Source of the DNA: Halobacteriales archaeon
GTDB lineage: Archaea > Halobacteriota > Halobacteria > Halobacteriales > SKSH01
DNA: 64,000 bases
NCBI GenBank assembly: GCA_046543335.1
Contig: JBKGZP010000001.1
Location: forward strand, 12,234 to 76,233
Reading direction: 5' to 3'
Shown here: one piece after another, positions 18,893 to 29,552 of the stretch
Layout of the letters: every line of letters starts with the position of its first letter
Position numbering within the stretch: position 1 is the first letter of the stretch
Program-made: the position numbers and the translations under genes
The notes under the pieces: model-generated
Databases searched by the model: none
What the model was told of the DNA's origin: nothing
What the model saw: only the letters and a program-made list of their open reading frames with translations

Positions 18893-19558
18893 ATGGTCGC
18901 CACGGCGGTGACGTTCGACCTCGACGACACGCTGGCCGTCGTCGCGGGCGACCGCGACGACATCCTCGAACGGGCCGCCAACGACGTCGGTGCCTCCGGT
19001 CTCTCGCGAGCGGCCTACCTGGAGGCGCACCGCCGCCACCACGCCAATCGGAGCCGCGCGCACATCTTCGCGGACCTGCTTGAGACGACGGGGCAGTCCG
19101 CGGTCGACCCCGACGTCCTCGCGGCGGCGTACCGCGAGCGCATCGGGGCGGCCCTCGAGCCCGTGCCCGGAGTCGACGCCCTGCTCGAGCGCCTCTCCGC
19201 CGAGCGCCCCATCGCCCTCGTGACGAACGGGCCGTCGCTGGCCCAGCGCGACAAGCTCGAGCGCCTCGGGTGGACGGACCGCTTCGACGCCGTCGTCATC
19301 TCCGGCGAGGTCGGGCGGGCCAAGCCCGCCGCGAGACCGTTCCACGAGGCCTGTCGACGCCTCGAGGTCGATCCAGGGACGACGCTTCACGTCGGCGACA
19401 GCCGACGGGCGGACGTCGCGGGGGCGCGAGCCGCGGGGCTATCGGCCGTGCTCGTCGCGGGCGAGGGGGACCGTCCGGCGGTGGACGTGCCCGTCGTCGA
19501 GCGCTCGAACTTGGCCGCCGGACTGGCCCGTCACGTCGCGTCCTGCTGTCCGGTCTGA
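18893..19558 (+). CDS. HAD-superfamily hydrolase
   Basis: FDLDDTL, VTNG, KP, HVGDS...DV.GA. Confidence 0.9.
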   Translation: MVATAVTFDLDDTLAVVAGDRDDILERAANDVGASGLSRAAYLEAHRRHHANRSRAHIFADLLETTGQSAVDPDVLAAAYRERIGAALEPVPGVDALLERLSAERPIALVTNGPSLAQRDKLERLGWTDRFDAVVISGEVGRAKPAARPFHEACRRLEVDPGTTLHVGDSRRADVAGARAAGLSAVLVAGEGDRPAVDVPVVERSNLAAGLARHVASCCPV

Positions 19559-19851
19559 GCGGCCCAGGTGGCGATCTCGTCGAGCGCTGCCTTGATTCGA
19601 TCTCCGGACTCGAACCGGACGGTCGGACCATCGGGTTCGCTCGCGATCTCGACCGCCTCCGGGCGGACGGCCACCGTGGCGAGCGCGATCCCACCGGCCT
19701 CGACGGCGTACGTCTCGCCGGCGGCGCACGCGAAGTGCGCTGGGTGGTCGAGCCCGTCGACGCGGACGGCGGCGAGCGGGCCGAGGTCGCGCCCGACGAG
19801 CTCCGCGAGGAGCAACTCCGCGAGCCGCGGTCCGCCCGCTGCGTCGCTCAC
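19531..19851 (-). CDS. Hypothetical protein
   Basis: GTG start overlapping the upstream stop (GTGA); acidic 106 aa. Confidence 0.6.
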   Translation of the reverse strand: MSDAAGGPRLAELLLAELVGRDLGPLAAVRVDGLDHPAHFACAAGETYAVEAGGIALATVAVRPEAVEIASEPDGPTVRFESGDRIKAALDEIATWAAQTGQQDAT

Positions 19852-20306
19852 GTCCCGGCCCCCTCCTCGATCGACCGTCGGACGGTCCGGGCCAGGTCGG
19901 CCACGTCGAGGCCCTCCCCATGGGCGTACGCGACGGCGGCGGCGTCGCTGTCGGTACCGAGGCGTTCTTGCAGCTCGTTGATGGCCGCGACGCTGTCGCG
20001 TCGGTCGTGGCCCGCGGCCTCGAGCGCGGCGAGGACGCGCTCGAACGGCGGTTGCGACCGGAGGAGGTCCGCCGGCGGCTCGTACCCCGTCGGGATGGCA
20101 ACCTCGCCGAGGTCGAACGCCGGGACGTACCCGTCGCCGTCGTCCTCGATGACACCCGCCTCGCGGCCGCGCTCGATGAGCCGGCGAACCTCCTCGGGCG
20201 TGAACCAGTCGCGATCGATCGCGAGGGCCGTCACGAACCCCGACGCCTCGAGGCGACGACGGCCGCGATGCTTGAAGGCCACGGCCAGCACGCGACGCAG
20301 CTCCAT
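19848..20306 (-). CDS. DUF2240-like protein
   Basis: LA..FK, ALAIDRDWF.PEE, FD...V.IP.GY.P. Confidence 0.8.
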   Translation of the reverse strand: MELRRVLAVAFKHRGRRRLEASGFVTALAIDRDWFTPEEVRRLIERGREAGVIEDDGDGYVPAFDLGEVAIPTGYEPPADLLRSQPPFERVLAALEAAGHDRRDSVAAINELQERLGTDSDAAAVAYAHGEGLDVADLARTVRRSIEEGAGT

Positions 20307-20384
20307 GTCCCTCCCACCGGCCGATGGTCGGGTAACGGTTTCCATCCCGATTCATTGAAGTTCGCCGCCGGCTGATGGGTGGGC

Positions 20385-20759
20385 ATGACCTTCCACGGAC
20401 GGTCCACGCGCAAGCGCACGGGCGGCCGCTTGCGCCCGCACCGGAAGAAGCGGTACCACGAGAAGGGCCGGCCCGCCGCCGAGACCGAGCTCGGCGCGAC
20501 CAGGGTACGGACGATCGACACCCGCGGCGGGACCGAGAAGCGCCGGGCGCTGTCGCTCGAGACCGCCTCCGTCACGACCGAGGCCGGCGAGACGGTGGCG
20601 GCGACCATCGAGGACGTCGTCGAGAACCCCGCGAACCCGAACTACGCCCGGCGGAACATCATCACCAAGGGCGCGGTCATCGAGACGAGCGAGGGCCGGG
20701 CCCGGGTCACCTCCCGCCCGGGCCAGGACGGCCAGGTCAACGCGGTCCTGCTCGACTAG
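20385..20759 (+). CDS. rps8e: 30S ribosomal protein S8e
   Basis: RS.RK.TGGR, NPAN.NY.RRNIITKGA.I, TSRPGQDG.VNAV. Confidence 0.97.
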   Translation: MTFHGRSTRKRTGGRLRPHRKKRYHEKGRPAAETELGATRVRTIDTRGGTEKRRALSLETASVTTEAGETVAATIEDVVENPANPNYARRNIITKGAVIETSEGRARVTSRPGQDGQVNAVLLD

Positions 20760-21751
20760 GGCCGCGGTGCCGCCTTCTGGAGCGCGGTCTCTGCGATGTT
20801 GCCGCCGTAGTCGGCGCTTCGCGACAACGAGTCGACGATGAGCCCCAGCGACTGGGCATGGTGAGGGTCGAACTCCCGGAGAAGTTGGTCGATCTGGCGG
20901 GTGTGCTCGTCGATATCGATGACCGCCGACCGGGACTCGTTGGCCAGGTCGACGGCGCGATCGGCGTCGTCGGCCAGGAGGGCCGCGACGGAGCCATCGA
21001 CGATGTCGACCGCGTCATCGTGCAACGCCTCGAGCGCCTCCCGGACGGACCCCTCGACGGGATCGAGCTTGAGTGCGATCTGGGCGATCTTGACGGCGTG
21101 GTCGGCGATGCGCTCGAGCTGGCGGGCCGACGAATGGTAGTCGAAGCAGTCCTCGCGCGTGATACCGAGCGCGGTGGCCGCGGCGGGCGAGCGGAGGGTC
21201 CCCCGGAAGATGCGCGACACGACGAGCCACAGCCGGTCGACGTCGTCGTCGCGCTCGATGACGTCCCGCGCGAGTTCGTCGTCGCTCTCGGTCAGGGCCT
21301 CCACGGCGTCGACGAGCATGGACGTCGCGATGAGGTGCATGCGCTCGACGGTGTTCGTGACCGACAGCTCGGGGGCATCGAGGAGGTCCTGGATGACCAC
21401 CCGGTCGGTCGTCTCCTCGAGGACCTCCACGCCGATGAGGTTCTGGGTGGCGCCCCGGATCGCCTGTCGCTGCTCGGCCGTGATGCGGTCTGCGGAGATG
21501 GTGATGACGTCGAAGCCGCTGACGTACATCGTCATCACCGCCCGCGTGAGATCGTCCCCGGTGAGGTCGGTCACGTCGAGCTCCCCCGAGGAGCGCTCCG
21601 CCTCGAGCCGGGTAGTGACGGTGAGGCTGTCGTCGTCATCGAGGAAGCCAAGCTCGGTGCCCGCGCTCACGCCGTTTCGCTCAGCCCACTCCTTGGGGAG
21701 CGAGACGGTGAACGTCGAGCCACCCGTGAGCTGGACCTTCCGGGTCTCCAT
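20756..21751 (-). CDS. phoU: Phosphate regulator, AbrB + PhoU domains
   Basis: METRKVQLTGGSTFTVSLPK.W, DD.VDRL, LERIADH; divergent from pst. Confidence 0.92.
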   Translation of the reverse strand: METRKVQLTGGSTFTVSLPKEWAERNGVSAGTELGFLDDDDSLTVTTRLEAERSSGELDVTDLTGDDLTRAVMTMYVSGFDVITISADRITAEQRQAIRGATQNLIGVEVLEETTDRVVIQDLLDAPELSVTNTVERMHLIATSMLVDAVEALTESDDELARDVIERDDDVDRLWLVVSRIFRGTLRSPAAATALGITREDCFDYHSSARQLERIADHAVKIAQIALKLDPVEGSVREALEALHDDAVDIVDGSVAALLADDADRAVDLANESRSAVIDIDEHTRQIDQLLREFDPHHAQSLGLIVDSLSRSADYGGNIAETALQKAAPRP

Positions 21752-21785
21752 GGGCACCCCTCGGGTGGATTCCCAATAAACGGTT

Positions 21786-21960
21786 CGATTTCTATATATT
21801 GAAGGGTGGGCTTGTCTGACCGAGCGGGAACGTCCGTCAGAACTGTGTTGGGAGCTGAATACGCATCGACGATACAGTCAACCGCGGGGGAAACCACCCC
21901 AATTTCCCCCTGTTACTGTTTGACTATATAGGGATATATATTAAACATAGTAGGTTACTT
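21786..21960. promoter_or_regulatory. Divergent phoU/pstS control region with repeated (C/A)TATATA boxes
   Basis: CTATATA at 21792 and 21924, ATATATA at 21934; inverted repeat GGGGGAAA-N9-TTTCCCCC at 21886-21910. Confidence 0.65.
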
Positions 21961-21986
21961 ACTCAAGCCTTGGCACTGTATCGCTG

Positions 21987-22946
21987 ATGGGAGGGCGGTC
22001 TACCCCACCGGTGACGAGGCGTCGCTTCGTCGCGCTCGCGGGACTGTCAAGCCTTGGGATCGCCGGCTGTCTCGACGTCCGCGGCCGCGATCAGGACGGC
22101 GTCACCCTCTCCGGTAGCAGCACGGTCTACCCCGTCGCCGAGGCGATCGCCGCGGCGTTCAGCCGCGAGAATCCGGCCATCACCATCTCGATCAGCCAGA
22201 CCGGCTCCGGCGGGGGGTTCTCGAACTTCTTCTGCCCCGGTATGACGGACCTCAACAACGCGAGCCGTGCCATCGCCGAGGTCGAGCGCGAGCAGTGCCA
22301 GGCGAACGGCGTGACACCGATCGAGTTCCAGGTCGCCACCGACGCCCTCACCGTGGTGGTCAACCCGGACGCCGACTGGATCGACTGCCTCACCGTCGAC
22401 GAGGTGCGCGAGATCTGGCGGGAGGGCGGCGCGCAGCACTGGTCGGACGTCCGCAACGACTGGCCCGACGAGCCGTTCGAGCTGTACGGCGCCGCCACCA
22501 CCTCGGGCACCTTCGATTACTTCCGCGACTCGATCCTCGGCGAGGATGCCAACCACCGGGGCGACTACTACGCGACCGAGCGCGACCGGACGATCGTCCA
22601 GGGCGTGCGGGGCTCGCGCTACGCGATGGGGTACTTCGGCTTCGCGTACTACAGCGAGAACCCCGACCAGATCAAGGCGGTCGCCATCGACGACGGCGAT
22701 GGCTGCGTCCTGCCCTCGCAGGAGACCGCCATGTCCGGCGAATACACGCCGCTCTCTCGCCCCCTGTTCACCTACGTGGCGAAGGAGTCCCTGGCGCGTC
22801 CGGCGGTCCAGCGCTTCACGCGGTACTTCCTCGAGCAGGCCGCAACGGCTGTCGTCGCCGATGTCGGGTACGTGCCGGTGACCGAGGCGGTGCGCGATGA
22901 AAACCTGGACCGCCTCGCCACCGCCATCGAGGAGGTGTCCTCGTGA
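21987..22946 (+). CDS. pstS: Phosphate ABC transporter substrate-binding lipoprotein
   Basis: Tat RRRF signal + IAGC lipobox, GSSTV.P, TGSGGG, SGTFDYF, Y.PLSRPLF. Confidence 0.95.
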   Translation: MGGRSTPPVTRRRFVALAGLSSLGIAGCLDVRGRDQDGVTLSGSSTVYPVAEAIAAAFSRENPAITISISQTGSGGGFSNFFCPGMTDLNNASRAIAEVEREQCQANGVTPIEFQVATDALTVVVNPDADWIDCLTVDEVREIWREGGAQHWSDVRNDWPDEPFELYGAATTSGTFDYFRDSILGEDANHRGDYYATERDRTIVQGVRGSRYAMGYFGFAYYSENPDQIKAVAIDDGDGCVLPSQETAMSGEYTPLSRPLFTYVAKESLARPAVQRFTRYFLEQAATAVVADVGYVPVTEAVRDENLDRLATAIEEVSS

Positions 22947-23866
22947 GCACCATCGACCTCAGCCGGTCCCGCGGGCGCTCCGCGCGAGCGACGTTCGCCC
23001 GAGCGGTGTTCGCCCTCTGCGCCGCGATCTCCATCCTGACCACCGCCGGCATCGTGCTCACCCTCCTCGTCGACGCGGTCGACTTCTTCGGGACCGTCGG
23101 GGTCCTGGACTTCCTCACGGGCACGACGTGGCGGCCGACGAATCCGCCGGTCAGCTTCGGCGTCCTGCCGTTGATCTCCGGGACGCTGGTCGTCACGGTC
23201 GGTTCGGCGCTGATCGCCCTGCCGATCGGCCTGTTGACGGCGATCTACCTCTCCGAGTTCGCCAGCGACCGCCGTCGGGCGGTCCTCAAACCAGCGCTCG
23301 AGGTGCTCGCCGGGGTGCCGACGGTCATCTACGGCTACTTCGCCCTGGTGTACATCACGCCCGCGTTGGACCTCGTCCTGCCGATCTCGACGTTCAACGC
23401 GCTGTCGGCCTCGATCGTCGTCGGCATCATGATCGTCCCGATGGTCTCCTCGATCAGCGAGGACGCCATGCACGCCGTGCCGGACTCGCTTCGGCACGCG
23501 GGGTACGGCCTCGGGGCGACGAAGTTCACCGTCTCGACGAGCGTCGTCGTCCCGGCGGCGCTGTCGGGCATCTTCTCGTCGTTCATCCTGGCGCTTTCGC
23601 GCGCGATCGGCGAGACGATGGCGGTGACGATCGCCGCCGGCCAGACCCCGCGCCTCGTCGAGTTCACCGACCCGGCAGGTACGTTCCTCGAGTCGATCCA
23701 GACGATGACCGCGGCGATGGTCCAGATCGGAGCCAGCGACGTGATCGGCGACTCGATCGAGTACAAGAGCCTGTTCGCGGTCGGCCTGACCCTGTTCGTC
23801 ATGACCCTCGCCATGAACGTCGTCAGCGAGTGGATCGCCCGCCGCTACCGGGAGGAGTACGAATGA
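22943..23866 (+). CDS. pstC: Phosphate ABC permease
   Basis: [21 protein letters not shown]. Confidence 0.95.
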   Translation: MSTIDLSRSRGRSARATFARAVFALCAAISILTTAGIVLTLLVDAVDFFGTVGVLDFLTGTTWRPTNPPVSFGVLPLISGTLVVTVGSALIALPIGLLTAIYLSEFASDRRRAVLKPALEVLAGVPTVIYGYFALVYITPALDLVLPISTFNALSASIVVGIMIVPMVSSISEDAMHAVPDSLRHAGYGLGATKFTVSTSVVVPAALSGIFSSFILALSRAIGETMAVTIAAGQTPRLVEFTDPAGTFLESIQTMTAAMVQIGASDVIGDSIEYKSLFAVGLTLFVMTLAMNVVSEWIARRYREEYE

Positions 23867-24759
23867 GCACCGAGGACGCCCCATTCGGCCGCGTCAGCCG
23901 CGTCCGCGACGTCGTCTTGCGGAACGTGACGCTGGCGGCCACCCTCGTGGGGATCGTCTCGCTGGCCGTGTTGATGGTCTACGTCGCCATCGACGCCTTC
24001 GCGATCTTCGACGCCGATCAGGCCTCCTGGCTCGACCTCGGGTTCCTCACGTCGCCACCGCATCCCGACCCACTCCAGGCGGGCTACCTGCCCGCGATCG
24101 TCGGCTCGATCGCCCTGATGGTCCTCATCGCGGTGGTCACGTTCCCCCTCGGGATGGGCACGGCCATCTACCTGGAGGAGTACGCCAGCGGCGGTCCGCT
24201 GACCCGGGTGGTCCAGGTGAACATCGCCAACCTCGCCGGCGTCCCGTCGGTCGTCTACGGACTGCTCGGTCTCGGCCTGTTCGTCGGCCTCCTGGACCTC
24301 GGCTTCGGGACGCTGCTGGTCGCGGCACTGACGATATCGCTGTTGATCCTCCCGATCGTCATCATCGCCTCGCAGGAGGCGATCCGGGCCGTGCCCGACA
24401 CCCAGCGCCAGGCCAGCTACGGCATGGGGGCGACCCGCTGGCAGACGGTCCGCCAGGTCGTGATCCCGCGGGCGCTGCCGGGCATGCTCACCGGGACGAT
24501 CCTGGCGCTCGGTCGGGCCATCGGCGAGACGGCACCGTTGATCATGATCGGTGCGCCGACCGCGGTCTTCGGCATCCCCGACGGCCTGTTCAGCCGGATC
24601 ACCGCGATGCCGATGCAGATCTACACCTGGTCGCAGTACCCGCAGGAGGCCTTCCAGTACGGCATCGTCGCCGCCGCCGTCGTCGTGCTGCTCGTGGTCC
24701 TCCTCGGGATGAACTCCATCGCGATCTATCTTCGCAACCGCTATCAAATCCGAACCTGA
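23863..24759 (+). CDS. pstA: Phosphate ABC permease
   Basis: ATGA overlap with pst[22 protein letters not shown]. Confidence 0.95.
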   Translation: MSTEDAPFGRVSRVRDVVLRNVTLAATLVGIVSLAVLMVYVAIDAFAIFDADQASWLDLGFLTSPPHPDPLQAGYLPAIVGSIALMVLIAVVTFPLGMGTAIYLEEYASGGPLTRVVQVNIANLAGVPSVVYGLLGLGLFVGLLDLGFGTLLVAALTISLLILPIVIIASQEAIRAVPDTQRQASYGMGATRWQTVRQVVIPRALPGMLTGTILALGRAIGETAPLIMIGAPTAVFGIPDGLFSRITAMPMQIYTWSQYPQEAFQYGIVAAAVVVLLVVLLGMNSIAIYLRNRYQIRT

Positions 24760-24761
24760 TC

Positions 24762-25625
24762 ATGACACAGCGACAAATGGCCACCGGCGACGGCGATTCG
24801 ACCGACGACCGACCGAGAGCGAGGCCCGCCGAGGGCGGGTTGACCGAGGGCCGCGAGGTCCGGACGGCCTCGGCTCCGACCGTCATCGAGAGCCGGAACC
24901 TGTCGGTCTACTACGGCGACGATCGGGCCCTCGACGACGTCGACATCGCGATCCCCAAGCACCGGGTGACCGCCATCATCGGCCCCTCTGGCTGCGGCAA
25001 GTCGACGTTCCTCCGATCGATCAACCGGATGAACGACCTCATCGACGGTGCTCGCGTCGAGGGCGAGCTCCTGTTCAACGGCAAGAACGTCTACGATGAC
25101 GACGTCGACCCGGTCGCGTTGCGCCGGCGCATCGGGATGGTGTTCCAGCAGCCGAATCCGTTCCCCAAGTCGATCTACGACAACGTCGCCTACGGTCTGC
25201 GCGTCCAGGGGGACACGGACGACCTCGACGCCCGCGTCGAGCAGGCACTCAAGCGCGCCGCGCTGTGGGACGAGGTGGCCGACCGCCTCGACGAATCGGG
25301 CCTCGAGCTCTCCGGCGGCCAACAACAACGCCTCTGCATCGCCCGGGCGATCGCGGTCGACCCGGAGGTCCTGCTCATGGACGAGCCCGCCAGCGCGCTC
25401 GACCCGGTGGCGACCTCCCAGATCGAGGACCTCATCGCCGAGCTCTCGGAGGACTACACGGTCATCATCGTGACGCACAACATGCAGCAGGCCGCGCGCA
25501 TCTCCGATCGGACGGCGGTGTTCCTGACCGGCGGCGAGCTCGTCGAGTTCGGCGAGACGTCGCAGATCTTCGAGAACCCGGAGCACCAGCGCGTCGAGGA
25601 TTACATCACGGGCAAGTTCGGTTGA
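24762..25625 (+). CDS. pstB: Phosphate ABC ATPase
   Basis: [37 protein letters not shown]. Confidence 0.97.
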   Translation: MTQRQMATGDGDSTDDRPRARPAEGGLTEGREVRTASAPTVIESRNLSVYYGDDRALDDVDIAIPKHRVTAIIGPSGCGKSTFLRSINRMNDLIDGARVEGELLFNGKNVYDDDVDPVALRRRIGMVFQQPNPFPKSIYDNVAYGLRVQGDTDDLDARVEQALKRAALWDEVADRLDESGLELSGGQQQRLCIARAIAVDPEVLLMDEPASALDPVATSQIEDLIAELSEDYTVIIVTHNMQQAARISDRTAVFLTGGELVEFGETSQIFENPEHQRVEDYITGKFG

Positions 25626-25658
25626 GCTTCCGCCGGCCCTCTCGCCTGGTCGGGTCGG

Positions 25659-26624
25659 TCAGTCACCGGTCGATACGGGTTCGCGGACGGCCTCGACTAC
25701 CTCGAGTTCGTCGTCGACGGTGAGCGTCAACGCCTCGCTGCCGAGCTCGAACGTGATTCGAGCCCGGAGCGGATTCGTGGACAGGATCTCCTCCTCGTAC
25801 TCCCACCCCCAGTCCCACGGGTCGGAGATGGCGTTGACCCCGTGATCGGTGATAAAATCGAGCACCTCCACCGAACCGACGAGGTGCATCGACGCGATGC
25901 TCGTGAGCACGAATCGACAGTTCGTACAGCGGGTCTCGAACTGGATGGCGTGCTGCTCGCCGCATTCGTCGCAGAACATGGTGCCCGGTTCGTGATCGGC
26001 ACACACCTCGATCGCTCGCTCGACGAGGGCCGAGCACCGAGGGCAGACGTCGTGTGCGGCGACGAGCCATTCGGCGTAGCCCCAGACGAACGCCGTTCTG
26101 AGGGCGTCATCGGCCGTTCGTCCGACGACTCCAGCGGGAGGCAGATGTAGCGCCTGGAGCGAGCCGTAGGTGTCGCGCTCGAAGGGGGTAGGCGGGATCC
26201 GCACGTCGCCGTAGAGGCCCTCGCACTCGGTGCAGTACCGTCCGAGCTGTTCCTGTGCGTACTCGACGACGACCTCCCCGCCACAGAACGGGCACTCCCA
26301 CCAGTCGACCGTCGTCGGCTCGACCATCGGGTCGCCGGTGACCGCCCCGGACACGACCGCCTGGATGACCCGGTGACCGGGCTCGCGGAGCGCGTAGCCA
26401 TCGTCGCGCTTCTCGACGAAGTGGCCGACGAGCTTGTCCAGATGGTAGTTGAACTGCTCGCCCTGGCGGAAGCCCACCAGATTGCGAAGCTCGGTGAACG
26501 AAAGCGGGTCGTCGCTCCTCCCGAGGGCGCGGAGGATATCGATCCGCGTCTCGTTCCCGAGGACGGAGAAGGCCGCCTCGGGCGAGAGCGTCCGAGGCAT
26601 ACCACCGTCGGGATCGGTCGACAT
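25659..26624 (-). CDS. ArsR-like HTH regulator with Cys-rich zinc-ribbon C-terminus
   Basis: AFS.LGNETR..IL..L, FNYHL.KL.G.FV.K; CPFC, CTEC, CPRC, CDEC, CTNC. Confidence 0.85.
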   Translation of the reverse strand: MSTDPDGGMPRTLSPEAAFSVLGNETRIDILRALGRSDDPLSFTELRNLVGFRQGEQFNYHLDKLVGHFVEKRDDGYALREPGHRVIQAVVSGAVTGDPMVEPTTVDWWECPFCGGEVVVEYAQEQLGRYCTECEGLYGDVRIPPTPFERDTYGSLQALHLPPAGVVGRTADDALRTAFVWGYAEWLVAAHDVCPRCSALVERAIEVCADHEPGTMFCDECGEQHAIQFETRCTNCRFVLTSIASMHLVGSVEVLDFITDHGVNAISDPWDWGWEYEEEILSTNPLRARITFELGSEALTLTVDDELEVVEAVREPVSTGD

Positions 26625-26690
26625 GCCGATCGAATACTACCGCCAGCGGCTAAAACCCGCTGGCGTCCGCTCCTCGAAGACCGAACGGGC

Positions 26691-27524
26691 TCAGTCGAGC
26701 AATGGGCGGCGCCAGCGCTCGAGGTCGCCGACCTGGTTGAACGAGTAGAGGTGTACCCCGGCGATGTCGAGGCGGTCGTCGTCGACGTGGGGGGCCAGCC
26801 CCTCGACGAGGGCGTCGGGCTCGTACCGACCCTTGCCGCCGAGGAGCTGGCGGACCATCCCGAGGATGCCCGTCGTCTTGCGCACGAACCGGACGGACTC
26901 GCCGACGCCGACCTTCCGAGCGATGCCGAGCATGCGCTCGGTGCGCATCACCCCGGGGACGCCGATATAGACGGGTAGATCGACGCCGAGGTCGCGGATC
27001 GCGTCGATCCAGTCCACGATCGCCCCGGAATCGAAGCACAACTGGGTGACGATGTACGTGGCGTGGGGGGCCTTCTCGAGGAGGGCCTCATCCAACGTCT
27101 CGTCGTCGATGATGGGATGCCCCTCGGGGTAGCCCGTGATACCCAGCTCGGGGAAGTCGAGCCCTCGCGCATCGAGATCCGTCAGGAGTGCGTAGGACGA
27201 GTCGTACGGTCCGACGGGTTCCTCGTTGTCGCCCCCTGGCACGAAGACGTCATCGATGCCAGCCGTCTGGAACCGCTCGACGAATTCCTCGAGACGATCC
27301 TCGCTTTCGACCGCCCGGGCCGCCACGTGCGGGACGACGTCGAAACCCCGCTCGGCCGTGGCGACCGACTGGTCGACCGTCAGGTCGAGGCCCTTCTCCG
27401 GGGAGGCGGTGATCGCCACCGTCGCCCCCTCGGGGAGGTCCTCGAGGGCTCCATCGAAGCCCATGAATGGCAGCAGCTCGAAGCGCGGATCCGCCAGGAG
27501 TCGGCCGGTTTGGGTGCTCACCAT
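26691..27524 (-). CDS. metF: Methylenetetrahydrofolate reductase
   Basis: FELLP, PHVAAR, GGD, GYPEGHP, VTQLCFD, HLYSFNQ. Confidence 0.88.
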   Translation of the reverse strand: MVSTQTGRLLADPRFELLPFMGFDGALEDLPEGATVAITASPEKGLDLTVDQSVATAERGFDVVPHVAARAVESEDRLEEFVERFQTAGIDDVFVPGGDNEEPVGPYDSSYALLTDLDARGLDFPELGITGYPEGHPIIDDETLDEALLEKAPHATYIVTQLCFDSGAIVDWIDAIRDLGVDLPVYIGVPGVMRTERMLGIARKVGVGESVRFVRKTTGILGMVRQLLGGKGRYEPDALVEGLAPHVDDDRLDIAGVHLYSFNQVGDLERWRRPLLD

Positions 27525-27572
27525 CGGGCCATCACGGCCTGCATGTCGGGTCCCGGGGCATAAATAGGCGAA

Positions 27573-28103
27573 TCACTCGTCCCGCCGGCGTCGGTAGGTG
27601 GCGACCTCGAGGTCGCCGAGGGGGTCGCGGTCGACGAGCTCCCAGACGTCGGGGTCGATCGTCGGGAAGCGAGCGTCGCCCTGGTACCTCCCAGGGACCT
27701 CCGTGATCACGAGCCGATCGGCCTCGGGGAGGAACTGCTCGTAGACGGACTGGCCCCCGACAACGTAGGCAACCTCTGCGGCCGTCGCCGCGGCGCGTTC
27801 GCGGGCCGATCGGCGGCTCGAGACCACCTCGACCGCCGTCTCGTCGTCGGGGACGTGGTCCTCGTCGACAACCGCCGCCGGTTCGCGCCGGCTCAGGACC
27901 AGGTTCGTCCGCCCGTCGAGCGCGTGCCCGAGTCGATCCACGATGGCCTCGTACGTGCGTCGCCCCATGATGACCGGAGCCCCGAGGGTGAGGCGACGGA
28001 AGTGCCGGAGGTCCTCCGGGTGGTGCCAGGGCATCTCGCCCTCGTCGCCGATCGTCCGATCCTCGGCGACGGCCGCGACGATCACCAGCTCGAGCCCGGC
28101 CAT
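27573..28103 (-). CDS. folA: Dihydrofolate reductase
   Basis: IG..G.MPW..PED..HF, VIMGRRTY, GGQSVY, GDARFP; TGATG overlap with thyA. Confidence 0.93.
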   Translation of the reverse strand: MAGLELVIVAAVAEDRTIGDEGEMPWHHPEDLRHFRRLTLGAPVIMGRRTYEAIVDRLGHALDGRTNLVLSRREPAAVVDEDHVPDDETAVEVVSSRRSARERAAATAAEVAYVVGGQSVYEQFLPEADRLVITEVPGRYQGDARFPTIDPDVWELVDRDPLGDLEVATYRRRRDE

Positions 28104-29098
28104 CACTCGGCCACGGCGAACCGGATGCGTGGATGGGGGTCGTAGCCCTCCAGCTCGACGTCCGCGGGACCGAGCTCGTCCAGCTGCTTGTCGACGATCC
28201 GAACCGTGGGTCGCTCGCGTGGCGCTCGCGTGAGCTGGGTGAGGAGCTGGGGGACGTGATCGTAACCCCGCTCGTCGGCCGGCTCGGCGGGGGCCTCCCG
28301 CTCGATCCATCGGCGCACCGCCCGGTAGTCGTCCGATTCGCTCGCCTCGGCCAGACGCGACCGGAACGCCTCGAGGTTGTCGCCGTACCAGGCGCCCCGA
28401 TCCCCCTTGCCGCAGTAGATGTGCGCGTCGGTCAACGAGTGGGCGAAGGTTCCCGGTTCGAACCCAGTCTCCCGGGCGATCACCAGGAGCAAGAGCGAGT
28501 AGGCGGCGATGTTGAACGGCACGCCGACGGCGACGTCAGCCGAGCGCTGCTCAAGCTTGAGGTTGAGTCGGTCACCCTGGACGTTGAAGGTATAGGTGTA
28601 GTGACACGGGGGGAGCTTCGAGACGGCGGCGTTCGCGGGATGCCACGCGCTGACGACGATCCGTCTCGAATGCGGCTCGTCGCGCAGCTTCCGAAGGACG
28701 TAGGCGAGCTGGTCGAACGTGCCCTCGTCGGTGACGCATGGATGGTCCGCGTCGGGCCAGGCCTCGCCGGGGAGTCGATCCTCCTCTGGGGGGATTGGGT
28801 ACCGTCGCCAGAAGCGACCGTACGCCGTCTCGAGACGGCCCTCCTCGTCGGCCCACTGGTCCCAGATCGAGGTCTGTTCGCGCAGCTCCCGGATGTGCTC
28901 CTGTCCGGAGAGGTACCAGAAGAACTCGTACAGGAGGGAGTCCCAGTACATCGCCTTCGTCGTCAACAGCGGGAACCCCTCGGCGAGATCGACCTCGTAC
29001 TCGTAATGGAACGTGGAGATCGTGTCGACGGCCGTCCGGTTCGGCTTGTACCCTCCCTCTCGGAGCACCGACTCGACGAGCGTCAGGTAGGTTCGCAT
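28103..29098 (-). CDS. thyA: Thymidylate synthase
   Basis: FPLLTTK, SRR..VSAW, LPPCH, QRSAD...GVPFNIA.Y, DAHIY. Confidence 0.95.
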   Translation of the reverse strand: MRTYLTLVESVLREGGYKPNRTAVDTISTFHYEYEVDLAEGFPLLTTKAMYWDSLLYEFFWYLSGQEHIRELREQTSIWDQWADEEGRLETAYGRFWRRYPIPPEEDRLPGEAWPDADHPCVTDEGTFDQLAYVLRKLRDEPHSRRIVVSAWHPANAAVSKLPPCHYTYTFNVQGDRLNLKLEQRSADVAVGVPFNIAAYSLLLLVIARETGFEPGTFAHSLTDAHIYCGKGDRGAWYGDNLEAFRSRLAEASESDDYRAVRRWIEREAPAEPADERGYDHVPQLLTQLTRAPRERPTVRIVDKQLDELGPADVELEGYDPHPRIRFAVAE

Positions 29099-29372
29099 GG
29101 CCTCTGTGGAGGCCACGGCGGGAGGGGGCTTAATCCATGACCCTCCGGGTCGTCGGTGCCCCGGTGGTCGCCTGTCAGTCGGTCCCACGCCACCGTATAT
29201 TTCAGTATCCTTATACAGACTGCCGTACTCTGTATGAACAGGAGTAATCCGCTACGTTCGTTGCTGTATCTCGGGTCGAACCGACCCGTACCGGCCGGGA
29301 ACTCCCCCCGATCGCACGGGGGCCGCCGTCTTCCGTCCTACCGATTCGGCATCGAGCCGACCATCCACAACC

Positions 29373-29552
29373 ATGACCAGATCTCACCGAAGCCGTATCT
29401 TCCCGAACGGTCCCGCATCGACCCTGTACGTAACGATCCCGGCCCAAGTCGCCTCGGACTCGCAGTTCCCGTTCGCCCCCGAAGACGAGGTCGTCGTCAG
29501 CATCGACGGCGACCGGGTCGTCGTGTCGGCGTCGGCGGTGGATGGTGAATGA
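29373..29552 (+). CDS. Small AbrB/SpoVT-like swapped-hairpin protein (59 aa)
   Basis: Manual translation MTRSHRSRIFPNGPASTLYVTIPAQVASDSQFPFAPEDEVVVSIDGDRVVVSASAVDGE; ATGA overlap with the next gene; not in ORF track. Confidence 0.75.
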   Translation: MTRSHRSRIFPNGPASTLYVTIPAQVASDSQFPFAPEDEVVVSIDGDRVVVSASAVDGE

